DNA of 32,000 nt from Methanopyrus kandleri AV19 (GTDB taxonomy: Archaea; JAADCQ01; Methanopyri; Methanopyrales; Methanopyraceae): NCBI RefSeq assembly GCF_000007185.1, contig NC_003551.1, forward strand, positions 1 to 32,000, given 5' to 3'. This document shows, in pieces, positions 27,917-32,000 of this stretch; the stretch's first letter is position 1; each line of letters opens with the position of its first letter. Under the pieces are notes generated by a model that searched no databases, was not told the origin of the DNA, and saw only the letters and a program-made list of their open reading frames with translations. The translations under genes and the position numbers were made by a program.

Positions 27917-28900
27917 TTATCCTCCCCTATCTTCTTTCCCAACCTCGCACACGTCCCCCGGCCGTAGCTCTTCTACCTTAAATCCCTCCTCTCGAAGCTT
28001 CTCGATGGCACGATGCAGTGACTCCTCGTCCGGAGCAGAGATTTTATGATAATGCACGTTATTCGACGCAGAGTAGAGATGTTTGAAGTACTGCCGCGAT
28101 TCCTCGTTGTTCAAAATTTCTTCCCATTCGTCCACGGGGTCCCTTCGGAAGGATACTTTGATCACATCGCGCTTACCTGGGATGGGAAAACCAATGTCTA
28201 TTAACCTACAATTGTTCTCCCGTATAATTTCGGCCTCACGGACGGAATCTTCCAGACTATGGACGGATTTGATCACTACACTGACGCTTCGGACTACGGA
28301 CAGCACCTCGCTGACCGTGCGGTCGATATCATCGTTCTTGATAGTGGGTATACCGTGCTCGTCCGCCGCTTCGAGGAGGAAGTCATGGATAATTCGGATC
28401 TGGCGGAAGTACTCGAGATGTCGACCTCCACGACCCTTCTCCATAGCACGCTTCACGAACCGCTCACGGTGCTCCTCTTCGTCCGCGTAGAGTATGACCA
28501 TGTGGACGTCGGCATACTGGTAGTCTTCCGGGCGCACGAGGCCCGGTACGAGGTGGACGCCTTCTATCACCAAGTCACTAGCGTCCTCGACAGCCCTCTT
28601 GATCACCATGTCGATGGCGGGCTTCACCATTGAGGCGTGCTCCACGAAACCTGCGATGACTCGGTCTCGGAACCTCTTGGGAACCATGTGGTCGGGAATT
28701 CTGAGCGCGCGATAGGCGTTGTAGGAGGACATGTGGAGCACAGGAGCGTACTTTTTGTCGATCGCTCCCCGGAGAACCTCTCGAAGGTGATCAGTCTCGA
28801 TGAGGTGTGTAATATTGAGTCTCCTCGCGACCTCACGAGCGATCGTGGACGTCCCAACGCCCGAAGCGCCACCGATCAGCACGATCGTGGATCTAGCCAT
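27917..28900 (-). CDS. pgk2: 2-phosphoglycerate kinase (cyclic 2,3-diphosphoglycerate pathway)
   Basis: STIVLIGGASGVGTSTIAREVARRLNITHLIETDHLREVLRG...VIEGVHLVPG...RQIRIIHDFLLEAADEHGIPTIKNDDIDRTV. Confidence 0.88.
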   Translation of the reverse strand: MARSTIVLIGGASGVGTSTIAREVARRLNITHLIETDHLREVLRGAIDKKYAPVLHMSSYNAYRALRIPDHMVPKRFRDRVIAGFVEHASMVKPAIDMVIKRAVEDASDLVIEGVHLVPGLVRPEDYQYADVHMVILYADEEEHRERFVKRAMEKGRGGRHLEYFRQIRIIHDFLLEAADEHGIPTIKNDDIDRTVSEVLSVVRSVSVVIKSVHSLEDSVREAEIIRENNCRLIDIGFPIPGKRDVIKVSFRRDPVDEWEEILNNEESRQYFKHLYSASNNVHYHKISAPDEESLHRAIEKLREEGFKVEELRPGDVCEVGKEDRGG

Positions 28901-28903
28901 TTA

Positions 28904-29251
28904 TCAGCCCCGCCTCTCGATGTCAACACTATCGGAAGTGACCAGCAGCACGGTGTCTTTAATAACCCCGACGAATCCACCAAGGCTCACCGCGGTGCGT
29001 TTGAGTTCTTGGATAATATCCTCATGACCATCGCGATCGAGGAGGGGTTTGACATCCAGTATCAGCACGTTCCCTTGGTAAAGCTCATTCATCAACTCCT
29101 CCAAATCCGACGGCTCCTGAACCCGAGATACTATTATCGTAACTTTGGGGTGCTGAGTTCTCTCTTCCTCTTCCTCCTCCAGGAAGTCCTCAAGCATGGG
29201 GCCTTTCGAGTTCTCCCCCTCGCCAAAGATCTTTTTCAAGAACCCTAACAT
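28904..29251 (-). CDS. Archaeal SepF-like (DUF552) protein
   Basis: MLGFLKKIFGEGENSKGPMLEDFLEEEEEERTQHPKVTIIVSRVQEPSDLEELMNELYQGNVLILDVKPLLDRDGHEDIIQELKRTAVSLGGFVGVIKDTVLLVTSDSV. ATG at 29251. Confidence 0.85.
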   Translation of the reverse strand: MLGFLKKIFGEGENSKGPMLEDFLEEEEEERTQHPKVTIIVSRVQEPSDLEELMNELYQGNVLILDVKPLLDRDGHEDIIQELKRTAVSLGGFVGVIKDTVLLVTSDSVDIERRG

Positions 29252-30336
29252 CGTGCCCCGCCCCGACCGGCCCCCTCGATAGTGCGGAGCACGTCCCGTG
29301 CCAGCTTCTCGGATTCCTCGACGGGGTTCCTCACTGGAACTTGCTCTCCCGTAGCCCGCCATATCTTAGCACGGAGTCTACGAGCGTACGTCTCGAAGGG
29401 TTCCTCCAAGTTTCTCGGGTTCACGCACACCGCCGCGAGGTCCGCGTCGGGGACTATAACCCGGAGGGCATTGACTTCGGCCAAAACCCCACGAGGGTAC
29501 CGGAACGGGTGGTTCGGACGGTGACATACCACCACCGCATCCGGAGCACACCCGAGTAATATCCCTAAGTAGAGGGGCCGTGGATGCGGGTTACGACGCT
29601 CGGTGAGTGAAGACTGTCCCTCTACAATGATCACGTCGGCGTCTTTCTCCTCAGCGACGTAGTCGACGGCGTGGGCTACTGCGGAGGCTACGTCCATGAC
29701 GGAGAGAGAACCCGCCCGGAACCCCACGTCCGCTTCGAGCGCTGCGAACTCTCCCGTGGCCACCGTCGCGGGGGTATAGCCTGACGCCTCGAGTCCTTCC
29801 GCTAACTTGAGGGTCGTAGTACGTTTACCACACTCTTGAGAGGTCCCACCCACGAACACGCGCGGTATTTCCGTCTCAGGCCTGTCCTTCTTGGGTACCA
29901 CCTCAGTGCAGCGTTCTGGGGCGTCCCCGGCTACCTCACGAACGACGTCCAGCCTGGGGCTCAGTTCGAGGATCTTGACGCCTTTCGACTCGGCCAGCTT
30001 CACTAGCGCAGGATAGTCTTCGAGCGGAAGTGACCTGAAGGACGTAACTACATTGAGGCCGCGGCGGATGGATTCCACGGCCAGCTCCAGGGCTCTGTGT
30101 TCCGCACCCTTCGGAAGCATAATCGCCACGGAGGACGCCCCTTCGACGGCCTCATCGAAGTCGTTCGTAACTTTCACTCCGGCGATCTCCATTCCCACCT
30201 TACTCGGGTCGTCGTCCATAATCCCAACGACTTCGACCGTGGGAAGTGTCGCGAACTTTTCCCCGCCGCCCCCGGCACCTACCACGGCGAACGGGTTGAG
30301 CTCGGCAAGCTCATCGATCGAACGTAGCACCGTCAA
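29245..30336 (-). CDS. DUF1611-family P-loop protein
   Basis: N-terminal Rossmann-like domain, then VFVGGTSQECGKRTTTLKLAEGLEASGYTPATVATGE...DVIIVEGQSSLTERRNPHPRPLYLGILLGCAPDAVVVCHRP. Confidence 0.72.
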   Translation of the reverse strand: MTVLRSIDELAELNPFAVVGAGGGGEKFATLPTVEVVGIMDDDPSKVGMEIAGVKVTNDFDEAVEGASSVAIMLPKGAEHRALELAVESIRRGLNVVTSFRSLPLEDYPALVKLAESKGVKILELSPRLDVVREVAGDAPERCTEVVPKKDRPETEIPRVFVGGTSQECGKRTTTLKLAEGLEASGYTPATVATGEFAALEADVGFRAGSLSVMDVASAVAHAVDYVAEEKDADVIIVEGQSSLTERRNPHPRPLYLGILLGCAPDAVVVCHRPNHPFRYPRGVLAEVNALRVIVPDADLAAVCVNPRNLEEPFETYARRLRAKIWRATGEQVPVRNPVEESEKLARDVLRTIEGAGRGGARC

Positions 30337-30389
30337 CTGTAGCCGCCCCCCGGCTTCACCGCGATCCGCGCCGGCCAGTGCTGATAGTA

Positions 30390-30980
30390 TTACCGGTACC
30401 CCGGAGCGGCCCGTAGCGTTCGTCGCTTCTCACGAACCCGACGCTCGATCTCCCTGAGCAGCCTCCCGATACCCTCGCCGGTAAGGGCGGACACGGGGAT
30501 GGGTCTGTGACCAGTACGCTCCCTGATGCGTTCTAACCGTTCCTCAAGTTCCCCGCGGTCGAGAAGATCGATCTTGTTCGCGACGAGCAGCGTCTCGAGG
30601 TCGGCGGCGTACTTGATCACGTGGAGTGCACGGAGCGTTTCGGGACCTACATGCCGCGTGACGTCGACCACGAACAGCGCCAGATCGTATCTGCCGAGCT
30701 TCTCGGCGACGTCCTCGGCACGGACACCTCGTTTACTTCGCTTACCCCGCTCGTCGGCGAGTCCGACGGTATCGAACACGTACAGGGGGAACTCGCGGGA
30801 CGTCCAACGGTAACCGGAGACCGTCTTCGTGGTACCGGGGACTTCGGAGACCTCAGTGACCTCGCGACCCATCAGCGCGTTGACCAGAGTGGACTTGCCG
30901 GCGTTTTCAGGCCCCAACACGGCGATACGAAAGGCCCGCGAGTCCAACTCCGGAACCTCTTTCACGGAGGTCTCTTTCAT
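30390..30980 (-). CDS. Small TRAFAC-class GTPase (Era/Der-like G domain)
   Basis: IAVLGPENAGKSTLVNALMGREVTEVSEVPGTTKTVSG, VFDTVGLAD, VANKIDLLD, VSALTGEG. Confidence 0.9.
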   Translation of the reverse strand: MKETSVKEVPELDSRAFRIAVLGPENAGKSTLVNALMGREVTEVSEVPGTTKTVSGYRWTSREFPLYVFDTVGLADERGKRSKRGVRAEDVAEKLGRYDLALFVVDVTRHVGPETLRALHVIKYAADLETLLVANKIDLLDRGELEERLERIRERTGHRPIPVSALTGEGIGRLLREIERRVREKRRTLRAAPGYR

Positions 30981-31168
30981 CCCCTCACCCCCCGCACAAC
31001 CCGGGCTAAACCTGCCAAGAACCCCAGGATCACTCCCAAAACCGGGAGCAACACCTTGAGCGGTCTATGTTGCACGTATTGGGATAAGATCCAGCCTGCA
31101 ACCACCCCAAACACCACGGAGCTCGAAAGCTCCACAGCAGCGATATACTCCCTCCGCAAGGGGCCCAC
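30977..31168 (-). CDS. Small two-TM protein resembling AtpZ/AtpI
   Basis: SSSVVFGVVAGWILSQYVQHRPLKVLLPVLGVILGFLAGLARVVRG has AtpZ-like spacing of two TM helices with an RP-containing loop. Overlaps the GTPase start (ATGA-type). Confidence 0.55.
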   Translation of the reverse strand: MGPLRREYIAAVELSSSVVFGVVAGWILSQYVQHRPLKVLLPVLGVILGFLAGLARVVRGVRG

Positions 31169-31182
31169 CCGGGGATAGTGAT

Positions 31183-31749
31183 TTGGACGTGGAGGCGGTT
31201 TACCGATTGAAGCGCATACTCAGGACGGGGTGGTTAGTCCGGGGTATCCCCAGAAGCTCCGTGGAAAGCGTCGCGGAACACTCTTTCGGTGCGGCGATGT
31301 TGGCCTGGGAGATCTGCCATCGACTGGCCGAGCGAGGGATCGACGTCGACCCTTACAAGACTGTCGTTATGGCGCTGATCCACGATCTCCCGGAAGCCCT
31401 CACCTTGGACCTAGATGTCGAGGCATCGCGGGTGTTCGGTGATGCCAAGCGCGAAGCGGAGGAAAAAGCCGCCGAATGCGTGTTCGATGAGGAACTACTC
31501 GATCTTTGGAGGGAGTTCGAGCGACGTGAATCCCCGGAGGCGAAGGCTGCCAAGCTCGCGGACACTCTCGACATGGCCCTGCAGGCCTTGGAGTACTCTC
31601 AAGTCGGGTTCGAAGCGTATCGGGAGTTCTTAGACTCAGCGGAGCGCGAGGCCAGGGAGCTAGGCCGGGAGTACCTACTAGTTTTCAAAGAGATATTACG
31701 CGAGCGGGGGTGGGATAGTAATGAAGGTGGTGGAAAAGGATCTGGATAA
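31183..31749 (+). CDS. HD-domain (YfbR-like) phosphohydrolase
   Basis: RTGWLVRGI...ESVAEHSFGAAMLAWEICHR...VVMALIHDLPEALTLDLD...EEKAAECVF...AKLADTLDMALQALEYSQVG. Confidence 0.88.
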   Translation: MDVEAVYRLKRILRTGWLVRGIPRSSVESVAEHSFGAAMLAWEICHRLAERGIDVDPYKTVVMALIHDLPEALTLDLDVEASRVFGDAKREAEEKAAECVFDEELLDLWREFERRESPEAKAAKLADTLDMALQALEYSQVGFEAYREFLDSAEREARELGREYLLVFKEILRERGWDSNEGGGKGSG

Positions 31750-32000
31750 AGGATACATAGAAGTACTTCCTGAAACGTTGGACGATCTGTGGCACTTATA
31801 CCATGTTGTCAGGAAGGGCGATCTAGTATTCGCACTGGAAAGACGACGGGTTAAAGATGAGAGGGCTGAAACTATTAGGAGAGATAAAGGAGAACGCAAA
31901 CCGGTTTACCTAGGAGTCCGAGTAGAAGATGTAGAGTTTGACAAATACGCGAACAGATTGCGAATCAAAGGTGTAATAGAGCACGGTCCCGAGTCTGGAT
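31721..32000 (+). CDS. pelA: Pelota/Dom34 homolog, N-terminal part (truncated by window end)
   Basis: MKVVEKDLDKGYIEVLPETLDDLWHLYHVVRKGDLVFALERRRV...VYLGVRVEDVEFDKYANRLRIKGVIEHGPESG. Confidence 0.93.
   Translation, partial: MKVVEKDLDKGYIEVLPETLDDLWHLYHVVRKGDLVFALERRRVKDERAETIRRDKGERKPVYLGVRVEDVEFDKYANRLRIKGVIEHGPESG

Noticed and set aside
1-32000. CRISPR arrays, toxin-antitoxin, restriction-modification, retron or phage-like modules
   Set aside because: I scanned for regularly spaced repeats, integrase/transposase motifs, reverse transcriptase motifs and nuclease partners and saw none. The intein is the only selfish-element-like sequence recognised.

Overview
This window looks like a methanogen chromosome. 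The proteins closely resemble those I recall for Methanopyrus kandleri, judged by family recognition and composition with no database search. It is gene-dense and GC-rich, with long spurious antisense ORFs. Main blocks: (1) rtcA, an Hsp20-family protein, a NOG1-like GTPase, rpl12, RFC large subunit, and an RFC small subunit interrupted by a 305-aa intein. (2) A TIP49/RuvB-like AAA+ ATPase, a DsrE-like protein, and a secreted/anchored protein. (3) An [Fe]-hydrogenase cluster: hmd plus what appears to be the full set of FeGP-cofactor biosynthesis genes (hcgE, hcgF, hcgC, hcgD, hcgA, hcgG, hcgB), with mtd embedded in it. It is followed by a co-directional U32-family protein and a small Cys-containing protein. 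(4) A highly structured GC-rich intergenic segment at ~19.7-19.85 kb. (5) A long minus-strand operon: MTAP-like, cmk, rpl34e, EMC3/DUF106, adkA, secY, rpl15, rpl30, rps5, rpl18, rpl19e. (6) ZPR1-like, 2-phosphoglycerate kinase, SepF-like, DUF1611-like, a small GTPase, an AtpZ/AtpI-like small membrane protein, an HD-domain protein, and the start of pelota. I found no rRNA, tRNA, CRISPR array or transposase. The most follow-up-worthy items are the tight hmd/mtd/hcg arrangement with its possible extra members, the structured intergenic region, and the apparently endonuclease-less RFC intein. I did not find a clearly novel defence or mobile system.
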